DNA of 64,000 bases, from assembly GCA_963803435.1 (NCBI GenBank), contig CAWDML010000005.1:32001-96000 (forward strand). The letters are read 5' to 3'. The DNA comes from an uncultured delta proteobacterium. Lineage in GTDB: Bacteria; Myxococcota; Kuafuiibacteriia; Kuafuiibacteriales; Kuafuiibacteriaceae. Each line of letters starts with the position of its first letter. Positions within the stretch are counted from its first letter, which is position 1. The translations under genes and the position numbers were made by a program. Shown piece after piece: positions 31,701-39,753 of this stretch. The notes beneath the pieces are model-generated. The model saw only the letters and a program-made list of their open reading frames with translations. It searched no databases and was not told the DNA's origin.

Positions 31701-32662
31701 CGAACGGGCCCAACGAGACCTGTGTCGACGCGACGACCAACGCCAACACCGCGGACCTCCAGTACATGGTCTGCGGGGTCTCCTCCGAGCTGTCGGTCTA
31801 CACCGAGGGCGATCTGCTCCGGTCGATCTACTTCATGGATCGCTGTGGTCAGATCTTCAAGGTCGACTACAACCTGCGGAATCTCGCGAATCCGTGGTCG
31901 GCCCGCCGGCTCCTCACGGTCAACAACACCTCGGGCGGAGCGCCGATCCTCGGCAACTCGAAGGACCACCGCCAGGGCTTCACGCAGCTCGAGCTGGTGC
32001 TCAGCCAGTGCAACGGCTCGCGGTCCATCGGTGTGTACTTCGGGACCGGCAACATGCAGCGGCCGGCCGAGTTCGACAACCTGATGAACGGCGCGATCAC
32101 CTCGCACACCAACATGGAGAGCACGTTCCCGTCGACGCCGCCGGCGCCGCCCGGAACCCAGTGGGCGAACGTCATGGGCGTCGTGTGGGACTCGCCGACG
32201 CTGCCGCTGAACGCGTCGCTGGTGGATCTGGTCAACGTCACGACGGCACCGCAGGTGACGAACCCGAGGGGCACGAACGGTTTCTTCATCGAGCTGCGTC
32301 CGAACGAGAAGATGCTGAGGAAGCCGCTGGTGCTGGACAGCGTGGCCTACTTCAAGACGTACCTGCCCACCACGCCGGCGACCGAGTGTGTCTCCGCCAC
32401 CGGCGTCGACACGTTCTTCGTGTTCAACAGCTGCAATGCGCTGGCGCTCACCGATGCGGATGGCGACGGCGTCGTCACGGCGGTGGATCGGGTGGCCTAC
32501 GCGGCGCAGACGGACATCGGCGGTGAGATCCTGGCGGTCTTCCCGAAGAACAGTGATCCGATCGTGTCGCACGGCAACCTCGGCGAGGACGTGGCGGCAC
32601 AGCTGCCGAAGAACCCAACCAGCCGCGGCCTGCGGCTGTTCATGTGGCGGAAGTTCGAGTGA
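28742..32662 (+). CDS. pilY1: PilY1/PilC-like type IV pilus tip adhesin with N-terminal vWA domain
   Basis: MIDAS LVLDTSGSM, GGTPL, LMTDG, TYTIGF; propeller motifs ANDGMLHFF, FYFDG, TWAAP, VYFGTGN; DADGDG Ca-binding-like loop; follows the minor pilins. Confidence 0.88.
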   Translation: MLHTALVVSLGAGLVSQVTYPDQIDILRGADTTPQIELVLDTSGSMDAGWGCFPSVCNYYYGTRPAPGALGGSDLERDCNGAANELSKNDQIKAALTGCTRFDDGVLDKWDQRVLFSVREFGGDTFSGGVRTGLLVNFDPTFANHAGLESAVLGLRNYGGTPLAEAYVLAGQHMNAFFRDTNTEQCRQNYIVLMTDGEGNGPSATANWITNLGGVTINDAATCFPNLCGAPYTPPFADAVAAYMFDGVGPGVTALGNTIDNSVTPNLSIPVSSGIGLDALMGVTGVQPIRTYTIGFQAPSNAQALLSAMAVEGDGNYYNATNYQQLDQAFTDIITSIVARSNVTFTAGSVQTDGIFSGNYIYSSAFKPVDAGNWLGTTRKYCIVPPTPADTSCIFYYPSGNVNNGLHTNPAAQDIWSAQIGPGVQVQDATQGGSGLRIWNDLLNVTAQTDPPPATNPLGRRTILTWRHGVVGYVPVDGTNLTTADTWTNNLCEHYSLLNKLHGYTYDVADCPGGNYAPINVEQWPEGDSINSGNVVIKYTKNCESATDRCYVATVANDGMLHFFNAYSGIETSAIIPADLWQPNSIAHNTLAEIMLQPNLESSRKFYFDGRLRLFHDDNGGVPFVAANAGNGVIDPGEPAQLIAPLGRAGAAMIEFSMMQFNGVPDDTRNPPRALYPDPTTGYQNLQDTWAAPWIGRFRYQGSDRAIAAFSSGHRREEDAPTAQIGAVLSGSGRPGGLLDSPGSPQGQTCNAASSDANWTGVSSAICDPIAAAGLTPQTCVAFNNNNACAGYVLGLFASPCCYDWSGWAAIAPPPWDFSTTGGSGHSIIYGPISWQNGGGQVGAAYRVGFDRLILQPNDYVAVLDGQQHEVGRITGNGTDLAASGTIYTPWVNDASFYLQLRTDGIDDADSFLAPFNISDFQYVRRATTGAVGSLSYPTIYLVDVNRWNGPNLDGSGGQGFSSVPTAGDARQADALLARITSRCSGTNGPNETCVDATTNANTADLQYMVCGVSSELSVYTEGDLLRSIYFMDRCGQIFKVDYNLRNLANPWSARRLLTVNNTSGGAPILGNSKDHRQGFTQLELVLSQCNGSRSIGVYFGTGNMQRPAEFDNLMNGAITSHTNMESTFPSTPPAPPGTQWANVMGVVWDSPTLPLNASLVDLVNVTTAPQVTNPRGTNGFFIELRPNEKMLRKPLVLDSVAYFKTYLPTTPATECVSATGVDTFFVFNSCNALALTDADGDGVVTAVDRVAYAAQTDIGGEILAVFPKNSDPIVSHGNLGEDVAAQLPKNPTSRGLRLFMWRKFE

Positions 32663-32676
32663 TGGGACCGAAGGAG

Positions 32677-33183
32677 ATGACGATGTTGACGCGAATCGCA
32701 ACCTGGTCACTCGGCGCGTTGGTGGCGCTCTCGATGGCGACGTCGGCACAGGCCGCGCCCTCGAAGCTGAAGCCGACCGCCAAACCGGTCCCCGCCAAGA
32801 AGGCTGCACCCGATCCGTTCGCGGCGATCAAGCGCCCGGCCTCGCCGCAGTACCGGAGGATGCCGATCCGGGCCACGGCCCAGAAGCCGGCCGTGCTGTC
32901 CGAGGCCCGCTACGACCAGGGTCGGATCGAGAAGATCGACGACGGCGCCGTGATCTACTCGGTGGAGATTCCGCCGGAGCTCCGGCAGTCGCTGGCGCGC
33001 AAGCAGAACAAGCCGCTGTCGCAGGTTCCCGATCGGGTGATGAGGCGGGCGCTGATCGACTATCGCTCCACGACGCCGTCTCTCATCCGCAACCGCATCG
33101 GAGACGAGGTTCGAATCGAGCTGCGCCAGGACGGCGCCGGCTACCTGTTCGTGACCAACCTCCTCTCTCCGAAGACCAAGTAG
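32677..33183 (+). CDS. Secreted hypothetical protein
   Basis: AAGGAG RBS, signal peptide ending AQA; directly after pilY1. Confidence 0.7.
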   Translation: MTMLTRIATWSLGALVALSMATSAQAAPSKLKPTAKPVPAKKAAPDPFAAIKRPASPQYRRMPIRATAQKPAVLSEARYDQGRIEKIDDGAVIYSVEIPPELRQSLARKQNKPLSQVPDRVMRRALIDYRSTTPSLIRNRIGDEVRIELRQDGAGYLFVTNLLSPKTK

Positions 33184-33185
33184 CC

Positions 33186-33689
33186 CTGCTCTCCCGCTAT
33201 CCGCGATCGCTCCCCTTCCTCGGCGGCGCCCTGCTCGCAGTCGTGGTCGCCTACGCGATCGGTGTGTTCGAGCCGCGCCCCACCCTCGAGCTCCCCACGC
33301 GCGCGCTGCCGACGCCGTCGGTGACGCCGGTGACGCCGGTCGTCACGCCCCGGCCGCCTCCTCCGGAGCCGCCGCCCGCCCCCAAGCATCGGCATGTGCG
33401 GGTTCGTAGGGCGCCTGAGGTCCCGGCTGCGGTGGCCCCGCCCCCGCCGGTCGCACGGCCTCATCCCTTCTCGGCCGAGCTGGCCCGGGTGAAGGCTTCG
33501 CCGTCGAGCGATCTGAGGTTCGACCTCGCGGATCGGGTGGAGGCGGCCGCCGATCGGACGCTGGATCGAGGCTCGGCGGCCTCAGTGAAGGCTTGTCTCA
33601 CGCAGTTTCGAATCACAGGTGGGGTCCGGCACCTCGAGCGGTGCGTGGAGAAGTTCGAAAGCGCGGGCGGATCGGTTATGACTCCTTGA
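33186..33689 (+). CDS. Pro-rich single-pass membrane protein (start codon unclear)
   Basis: TM FLGGALLAVVVAYAIGVF, Pro-rich linker, helical C-terminus with a Cys pair; no canonical start visible. Confidence 0.45.
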   Translation: MLSRYPRSLPFLGGALLAVVVAYAIGVFEPRPTLELPTRALPTPSVTPVTPVVTPRPPPPEPPPAPKHRHVRVRRAPEVPAAVAPPPPVARPHPFSAELARVKASPSSDLRFDLADRVEAAADRTLDRGSAASVKACLTQFRITGGVRHLERCVEKFESAGGSVMTP

Positions 33690-33690
33690 G

Positions 33691-34744
33691 ATGACCCGGA
33701 AGCTCACCGCCGGGCAGCGGGTGGGGCCGTTCGAGCTCGAGGAGCGCATCGCGCTCGGGGGGATGGCCGAGATCTGGGCGGCCAGAGAGCAACGCCCCGA
33801 AGGCGCCCGGCGGCTCGCCCTGAAGATCCTCCAGCCGTTCTACGGTGACGACCCGGCCTTCCGGGCGATGTTCGAGGACGAGGTGCGGATTCTCGCTGCG
33901 CCTCCGTCACGAGAACATCCTCGAGGTGTACGAGGCGTACGAGCTGGACGGTCTGTCGATCCAGTCGATGCAGCTCCTGGAAGGACTGGACGTCCGACGT
34001 CTCCTCCAGCGGCTGGCCAAAGCCGAGCAATGGTTCCCAGTGCCGCTGGTGCTCTCGGTCGGACGCTGCGTCGCCCGCGGACTCGCGTACGCGCACATGA
34101 GGAGGAACGAACAGGGCAAGCCGCTCGAGATCGTCCATCGCGACGTCTCACCGCACAACGTGATGATCACGAACGAGGGCGCTGTGAAGGTGCTGGACTT
34201 CGGCATCGCGCGCGCGGCGGAGCGGCTGACCCGGACCAAGACCGGCGTGGTGAAGGGCAAGATCTCCTACATGGCGCCCGAGCAGGCCATGGCCGCGCGG
34301 GTGACGCCCCAGACGGATATCTTCGCCCTGGGCATCGTCCTTTGGGAGATGCTGGCGATGCGACGGCTCTTCCAGGGTGCCAGCGAGACCGAGACGCTGC
34401 GGAAGATCGTGCGCGCCGAGGTCCCCCCGCTCATCCGGATGAATCCATCGGTCCCGCGCGACGCAGCCAAGCTGATCCATCAGATGCTTTCGGCACCCCC
34501 CGACCAGCGTCCCGAGTCGATGGAGCACGTGGAGAATGCGCTGACCCGCGTCCTCGCCGTGCAGTACGAGGCAGAGGACTGCGATCAGGCCTCGCTGGCG
34601 CGCTGGTTCTCGCGCTTCGTCGAAGCCCGCACCGACACGCCCCTCGGTACGCCGGTGGTGCCGCGGATGGAGAACGCCAGCGAGACCACCGAGGTCGAAG
34701 AGACGCTCAGCGCGACGACCAAGCCGGGTCATCTCGCGGATTGA
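33691..34744 (+). CDS. Cytoplasmic Ser/Thr protein kinase, split by a +1 frameshift near 33890
   Basis: IALGGMAEIW/ALK in one frame; LRHENI, HRDVSPHN, DFG, YMAPE in the next. Removing one T in GATTC restores VRISLRLRHE. Confidence 0.88.
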
Positions 34745-34747
34745 AGC

Positions 34748-35728
34748 TCAGGCGTCGATTCCCAGGGGCTTGAGCACGTCGCGCTTGAAGCGATCCGGCA
34801 AGCGATACTCGTACGGGTCGGCGCCCTCGCGGAGGATCGTACGCGTGTTGGTCGGGATCTCCTGAAACACGCCCTTCCGCCACCAGTAGAGCGCTCGACC
34901 CGTTCCGCCGGCCGGCCCGGTCGTGCGGGGTTGATAGGTGGCGCGCACCATCTCCGCGAGTACGTCCACGACGCGCGCGTCGCGCACAACGTGGAAGAGG
35001 CAGAGATCCTGGTGAGGCGCCGAGAGCAGGAGACCGAGCTCGCCGGGGTCACCCAGATCTCCCGCCGCCAGGATTCGGCTGCCGGCGAAGGGGCCCTCGA
35101 TCGAGCTGATGAGATCGTCGTTCACCAAGGCGTCCGCAGCGAACGTGTTCTGCTCTGCGCGTGCGAGGATCGCGGGACCGCCGACGTCCCAAGCTGCAAG
35201 ATGGCTTGCGGGCAGTCCCTCAGCCTGCGGGAGAAAGTCGTAGACCGCGATCGCCTCGAAGCGATCGAGCGCGTCGCGACGCACCACGCGGATCAGGTCC
35301 GGCACCTCGGCGTGAAAGCCGCGCACGCGGAGCGCGATGCGTAGATGCGCTTGCGCCCGGTCCGGTGCTTCTGCGAGCTCCGCGAGCGTCGCGGCATGCC
35401 CGGTCAGGAGGCCCTCGAGGGAAGCGCGGACCTCTGCCATCATCATCGCGTCGGGGATGAGATCGCGCACCGCGTGGGCGATCATCTTGGGCCAGGTCTC
35501 GGTGCAATCGGCTGCGCAGATGAAGACGAAATCGGCGAACTTGACCGTTCGCTCACCGCGCGGTCCACAGACCTTCGCCGAGTCCTCGAACAGCTCGATG
35601 GTACCGCCGTTGTCGAGCACGTACCGCTGGATGGCCTCGACCAGCGCAGCGGCGCTCCGGGCGTCGTGCGGAGAGCCCTTGGCCCAGGCCGGGAGCTTCC
35701 CACCGAACAAGCGGTCGCGGAGGCCCAC
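34748..35728 (-). CDS. Hypothetical protein
   Basis: 326-aa ORF filling the gap; MGLRDRLFG start and LYWWRKG motif look protein-like; family not recognised. Confidence 0.65.
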   Translation of the reverse strand: MGLRDRLFGGKLPAWAKGSPHDARSAAALVEAIQRYVLDNGGTIELFEDSAKVCGPRGERTVKFADFVFICAADCTETWPKMIAHAVRDLIPDAMMMAEVRASLEGLLTGHAATLAELAEAPDRAQAHLRIALRVRGFHAEVPDLIRVVRRDALDRFEAIAVYDFLPQAEGLPASHLAAWDVGGPAILARAEQNTFAADALVNDDLISSIEGPFAGSRILAAGDLGDPGELGLLLSAPHQDLCLFHVVRDARVVDVLAEMVRATYQPRTTGPAGGTGRALYWWRKGVFQEIPTNTRTILREGADPYEYRLPDRFKRDVLKPLGIDA

Positions 35729-35768
35729 CCGATCAACTTAACAGATTGGACTTGGATATACTCGCTCA

Positions 35769-37337
35769 ATGCGGCGCGCGGCATGCGTCCTGCTGGCGTG
35801 CGTGAGCGTCAGCTGTGTGGATCGCCGCGTGATCGACGTACCGGTCGATGACTATGCGTTCGAGTATGGGTTCGTGGTCGTCCGCGACGGCGGCGGTGCG
35901 ACCACCCGCACGTCGGCGCCCTTCGGAGTCCGAGACGGCGTGGTCACGTTCGGGGCTCTGCCCGCGTACCACCTCGAGCCGACGGAAGAATCGCTGCTGC
36001 TGGTCACGTTCCCCGAGGGCGCGGTTCGTACGGCCGTCACCGTGTTCGATGCCTCGCGTGCCTCGGAGCTGGAGCTGATCCCGCTTCTCGCCGATCTCCC
36101 GTTCTACGAGTCGAAGGACGACTTCCTGTCGATCGCGTTGCCGGCGGGCACACGGGCGTTCCAGGGTGATCTCGGCGAGCCGCTGTCGGAGACCGAGCTG
36201 CCCGACCTGGCCCTCCGGGCGCCGATCGCGCCCGAGCAGTGCGAGCGATTGGATGCTTCGGGCCTGGTCGCGTTTGCGGATCAGGCCGGTGTCATCCCGA
36301 TGCAGCCCAACACTAGCGAGGACGACTTTCTCGACGTCGACCTGGTGGACGCCCAGACCGCGCTCGGCCTGACCTCGAGACGCCTCGATCTCTTTCGTGC
36401 GGGCGAACGCTTCGTCCCGGTGGCGGTCACGGCGAGCACCTCAGGCAACGCGTTTGGGGAGGAGGCGCTCTCGACGGGCGACTACCTCGTCGGAGGTTAT
36501 GCCCTCGATCGTGCGGATGCCCGCGCGTGGTTCATCGGTACGCTGCGCACCGAGGGCAACACGGGAGTACTCTATGAGCTCGCCGTCGATTCATCTGGGC
36601 TGTCGATCGTCGGCACGGCCACGCTCGCGGAAACCGCGCTGGCGGCCATCACGCTCGACGGTGATCGCAGGCCCATCGTCCTGGCGCACGGAGGCCGCGT
36701 CTGGCGCTATGGCGAGGCCGGCGTCTTCGCTCCGATGCCGCCGATCCATCCCTCCGCCGACGGGTTGTCGGTGAGCATCGCGTACACGGGCGACGCCGAC
36801 CTGCCGTTCGTCGCGAGCACGACCGGAGAACTACACGTGCTCGACGCTCGGCGCCCGACGCCGAGCTGGACCTCGGAGCGGATCGCGACCGAGCTGTTGC
36901 CGGTGTTTCCGCAGGAGCACTCGTTCAACGCCACCGGTCTGGCCAGCTCACGGACGCCTACGGGTGAGCTCGAGCTGTGGGCTGCGGGGACCGGAAGTCT
37001 CCTGCTGCGCAAGGTGGGCGACGCGCCCTGGGAGCCATTCCCGATCACGTATCCGCCCCGCTTCGCGGCGTGCACGACAGCCGGCGAGTATCCAAACCTG
37101 GTCACGACGTTCGGCTTCGACGGTCTGCGCGTCGAGGGTGAGGACCTCCTCCTCACCGTTCGCAAGTGCACCGCGGCGCTGCAGGTCCGGCGCGATGGCG
37201 GGTGCACTGCGCTCCTCAGGGTGGGGGGCGTGGATCCGAGCTTCGACCTGATGGATCTCCAAGCGCTCGACGTACTGGGTGACACGATCATCGTGGGTGG
37301 CGAGGCCGGTCTCTTGTACAGAGGAACGCTGCGCTAG
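35769..37337 (+). CDS. Putative lipoprotein with beta-propeller-like C-terminal region
   Basis: Lipobox-like VSVS|C, beta-rich repeats (LWAAG, IIVGGEAG); stop TAG is part of the CTAG flanking the element. Confidence 0.7.
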   Translation: MRRAACVLLACVSVSCVDRRVIDVPVDDYAFEYGFVVVRDGGGATTRTSAPFGVRDGVVTFGALPAYHLEPTEESLLLVTFPEGAVRTAVTVFDASRASELELIPLLADLPFYESKDDFLSIALPAGTRAFQGDLGEPLSETELPDLALRAPIAPEQCERLDASGLVAFADQAGVIPMQPNTSEDDFLDVDLVDAQTALGLTSRRLDLFRAGERFVPVAVTASTSGNAFGEEALSTGDYLVGGYALDRADARAWFIGTLRTEGNTGVLYELAVDSSGLSIVGTATLAETALAAITLDGDRRPIVLAHGGRVWRYGEAGVFAPMPPIHPSADGLSVSIAYTGDADLPFVASTTGELHVLDARRPTPSWTSERIATELLPVFPQEHSFNATGLASSRTPTGELELWAAGTGSLLLRKVGDAPWEPFPITYPPRFAACTTAGEYPNLVTTFGFDGLRVEGEDLLLTVRKCTAALQVRRDGGCTALLRVGGVDPSFDLMDLQALDVLGDTIIVGGEAGLLYRGTLR

Positions 37338-37852
37338 GAGCGTGTAGCGCGTAAGCGCTCACGCGACCCCGGTCCGGGTCCCGGTCCCGGTCCGGGTCCC
37401 GATCTGAAGATGGCTGCCTTGAGTCAGACGCTCGCGACGGTCGCGAGCTTCGATCGGTAGAGCTTGAGCAGGTTGTGGGTGAGGCACACGAGCGTCCACT
37501 CGGCTCGTACCTTGAAGAAGGAGCGTAGCGAGAACCGGCGGAATCCTCGTGCCCCTTTGATCTGTCCGAGCGCCGGTTCGACGATACTCTTCCTGCGGGG
37601 GTAGACCGCCTTGCCGTCGCGCGTTTCGCTCTGGCACTGAAAGCGCCGCCTCACTCCACACCTGCTTGAGGCGCCGACTCGCCAACGAGCAGAAGCTCCA
37701 AGCCGCCAGAGCCAAGCTCAAGCGCGTTGTCGAGATGCTCACGCGCCTCATCAAGTCGATGAACGCACGCCGGGCTGCATGATCGCCATCGGGACCGGGA
37801 CCGGGACCGGGACCCGGACCGGGCTCGCGGTAGCGCTACGCGCTACACGCTC
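37338..37852 (-). mobile_element. MITE-like deletion derivative (515 bp) of the IS1182-family element, copy 1, inverted relative to the others
   Basis: Ends GAGCGTGTAGCGCGTA...TACGCGCTACACGCTC flanked by CTAG (37334-37337, 37853-37856); keeps only the 3' ends of the transposase and four-helix-bundle genes. Confidence 0.92.
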
Positions 37853-37856
37853 CTAG

Positions 37857-38780
37857 CTAGTCTCCGTCGGGTGGGAGCGGAAGGCGTAGCGCTCCCGACG
37901 AAACCGAGACGAAGAGCTCGGCACGACCAGTGCGCTCGCCCAGCGCGCTGAGGTCGAAGCGGTACCGCTCGAGCGCATCCGGCACCGGCTCCGCGGAGAT
38001 CCGGACCGCGCCGAGCTGGAGGTACGGGGGCTCGGCGCCGGCGGCCTCCAGAAGATCGATGAGGAGCGTGTCGGGTGGCAGGAGGGAGAGCGTGAACGAC
38101 GGGTGCTCCAGCAGCACCTGCTCACGGGCGCCCGTGCTGGCCGCCATCGCCAGGGGCGGTGAACGCATTCGGATCCAGGCGCCGAGGTCGACCACCGTTC
38201 GATCAGGGGCGTCGAGGAGCAACTGGGTGGCGGCGAGCCAATCCAAGCGGGCGGCGACCTCGGGGAAGCGCGCAACCAGCTCGGCGACGGCGTCGAGGTG
38301 AGGGGCGCCGCGGGGGTCAATGAAGCTCGCGTCCGACCACCACCAGAACCGGCTTCGGTGCGTGGCAGGGACCCACGCCACCTCCAGGGCGCGCCACGCG
38401 TTGAACGCGGTCAGCCGCCAGAGGTGCGGGCGGAGCGTCTCGTCGAAGGCGACCAGCGCGACCTCCTGCTCGATCGTGAGATCGGGAGGTTCGCCGATCA
38501 TCGCCTCGGCTCCCAGGCGGCGGAGCTCCACCGCGTCCCGGGCGGCGAAGGCTCGCCGCAGCTCGTCGATGGCGTCCGTGCTCCCGTCGAGCAGCGCGAC
38601 TGCGGCGACGGCGTCATCTTCGAGCGCGTCGTCGATTCCGAGATCGATGTCGACATCGAGGGAGCCGAGCTGGGCCTCGGCGCCCAGGAGCACGAGCAGG
38701 CCGGCGGCTTCCAGCACGTCGCGCGGGGGTTCGGAGGCTGACAAGCGGGAGACGAGCTCGTCGATCGAGGGGCGCTTCAT
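37857..38780 (-). CDS. Hypothetical protein coupled to the ECF-like sigma gene (candidate anti-sigma/partner)
   Basis: ATGA overlap with the upstream gene; RFWWWSD motif, PPLAMAAS linker, beta-rich C-terminal domain. Confidence 0.65.
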   Translation of the reverse strand: MKRPSIDELVSRLSASEPPRDVLEAAGLLVLLGAEAQLGSLDVDIDLGIDDALEDDAVAAVALLDGSTDAIDELRRAFAARDAVELRRLGAEAMIGEPPDLTIEQEVALVAFDETLRPHLWRLTAFNAWRALEVAWVPATHRSRFWWWSDASFIDPRGAPHLDAVAELVARFPEVAARLDWLAATQLLLDAPDRTVVDLGAWIRMRSPPLAMAASTGAREQVLLEHPSFTLSLLPPDTLLIDLLEAAGAEPPYLQLGAVRISAEPVPDALERYRFDLSALGERTGRAELFVSVSSGALRLPLPPDGD

Positions 38781-39481
38781 GACGCGTTCCTCCGGGCGCG
38801 GAGCCGAGCGAGCGTGCCGGGGAGGAGCGCGAGCATTCCGTGATGATCGAGGCACTCGGCCAGACGGGCGCGGACACGGGAGACGATCGCCCACGCGTTG
38901 GCCTGGGCCTTGCGCAGGCGATCGCCGAGCGGCGACTTGGGATCGACGGGCGCGCGAGCGGCCGTCTCGACGTCGACCGCCGAGATCATCTCCAGCCGGC
39001 GCGCCAGCTCGAGGCGTGAAAGCTCGGCGTCTTCGCGGAGCAGCTCGTAGGCGGCGCGATGACGATCGGTGAGCTCGTCTGCGCACCGGTGGAGCTGCGC
39101 GACCGCGGCCTTGGCGTCGAACGTCCGCTCGGGGTCACCGAGAACCGGACGATCGGGAACGTGATCGAGCATGGTCTCGCGCGTGAGTTTGCCGGAGAGG
39201 TCGAGGAGGTGGTTGCGGGCGACGACCTTGGCCCAGCCGACGATGACGGCCTCCGCGCGCCCGCGAGCGCGGGGCGGATCGCAGAGGAGCTTGTGCGTGA
39301 GGTCCTGCGTGAGGTCATCGGCGTCGATCCGCGCCGCGACAATCAGGCCGGGACGGCGCTGGATTACGGTGTGCACGGCGCGCTCGAGCAATGGGCGGAC
39401 ACCCTCCACCGCCCGCTCCCAGCGGCGAGGATCCAGGGCGCGGGCGTCGAGGGCGGCGAAGAGCTCGTCGGCGGGATCCAT
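38777..39481 (-). CDS. Divergent ECF-type sigma70-family factor
   Basis: Region 2-like DADDLTQD...WAKVVARNHLLD; region 4-like LTDRHRAAYEL...LSRLELARRL...VSRVRARLAECL. Confidence 0.7.
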   Translation of the reverse strand: MDPADELFAALDARALDPRRWERAVEGVRPLLERAVHTVIQRRPGLIVAARIDADDLTQDLTHKLLCDPPRARGRAEAVIVGWAKVVARNHLLDLSGKLTRETMLDHVPDRPVLGDPERTFDAKAAVAQLHRCADELTDRHRAAYELLREDAELSRLELARRLEMISAVDVETAARAPVDPKSPLGDRLRKAQANAWAIVSRVRARLAECLDHHGMLALLPGTLARLRARRNAS

Positions 39482-39593
39482 CCGGAACGCATGCCCCTAG
39501 GACGGGGGGAGAGTCCGAGCCTGACGCTGGTCGGATTCGGGTGCAAGGCGTTCATGTTTCGATGACCCGGACCAGAACCGGCTCCGGCTCGAC

Positions 39594-39609
39594 TGGCACG
39601 CAGCTTGGA
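39594..39609 (+). promoter_or_regulatory. Putative sigma54 promoter
   Basis: TGGCACGCAGCTTGGA: perfect -24 TGGCACG and TTGG at -12 (one mismatch to TTGC) at correct spacing. Confidence 0.5.
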
Positions 39610-39618
39610 GCGAGATCG

Positions 39619-39705
39619 CGATGGGCGCTCGGGATCGAAGCTCCAGGATTAGACCCAGACGTATCCCCTCCCGGAGCGTGGGACTTCGATCCTAAGCGCC
39701 CATCG
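39619..39705 (+). ncRNA. Candidate structured small RNA (long closed hairpin)
   Basis: 39619-39640 pairs with 39684-39705 over 22 positions (one mismatch, one G-U); inner GGAT/ATCC and CTCC/GGAG pairings; starts at the predicted +1 of the sigma54-like motif. Confidence 0.45.
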
Positions 39706-39753
39706 TCGCACCGAGCCGACTGAAGAACCGGGCGCGGGTCCCGGGTTGTCCAT

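Noticed and set aside
27923-32809. Long minus-strand ORFs 27923..30247 and 30422..32809
   Set aside because: Antisense shadows of pilY1, except the terminal ~200 codons that encode the MYXO-CTERM protein.
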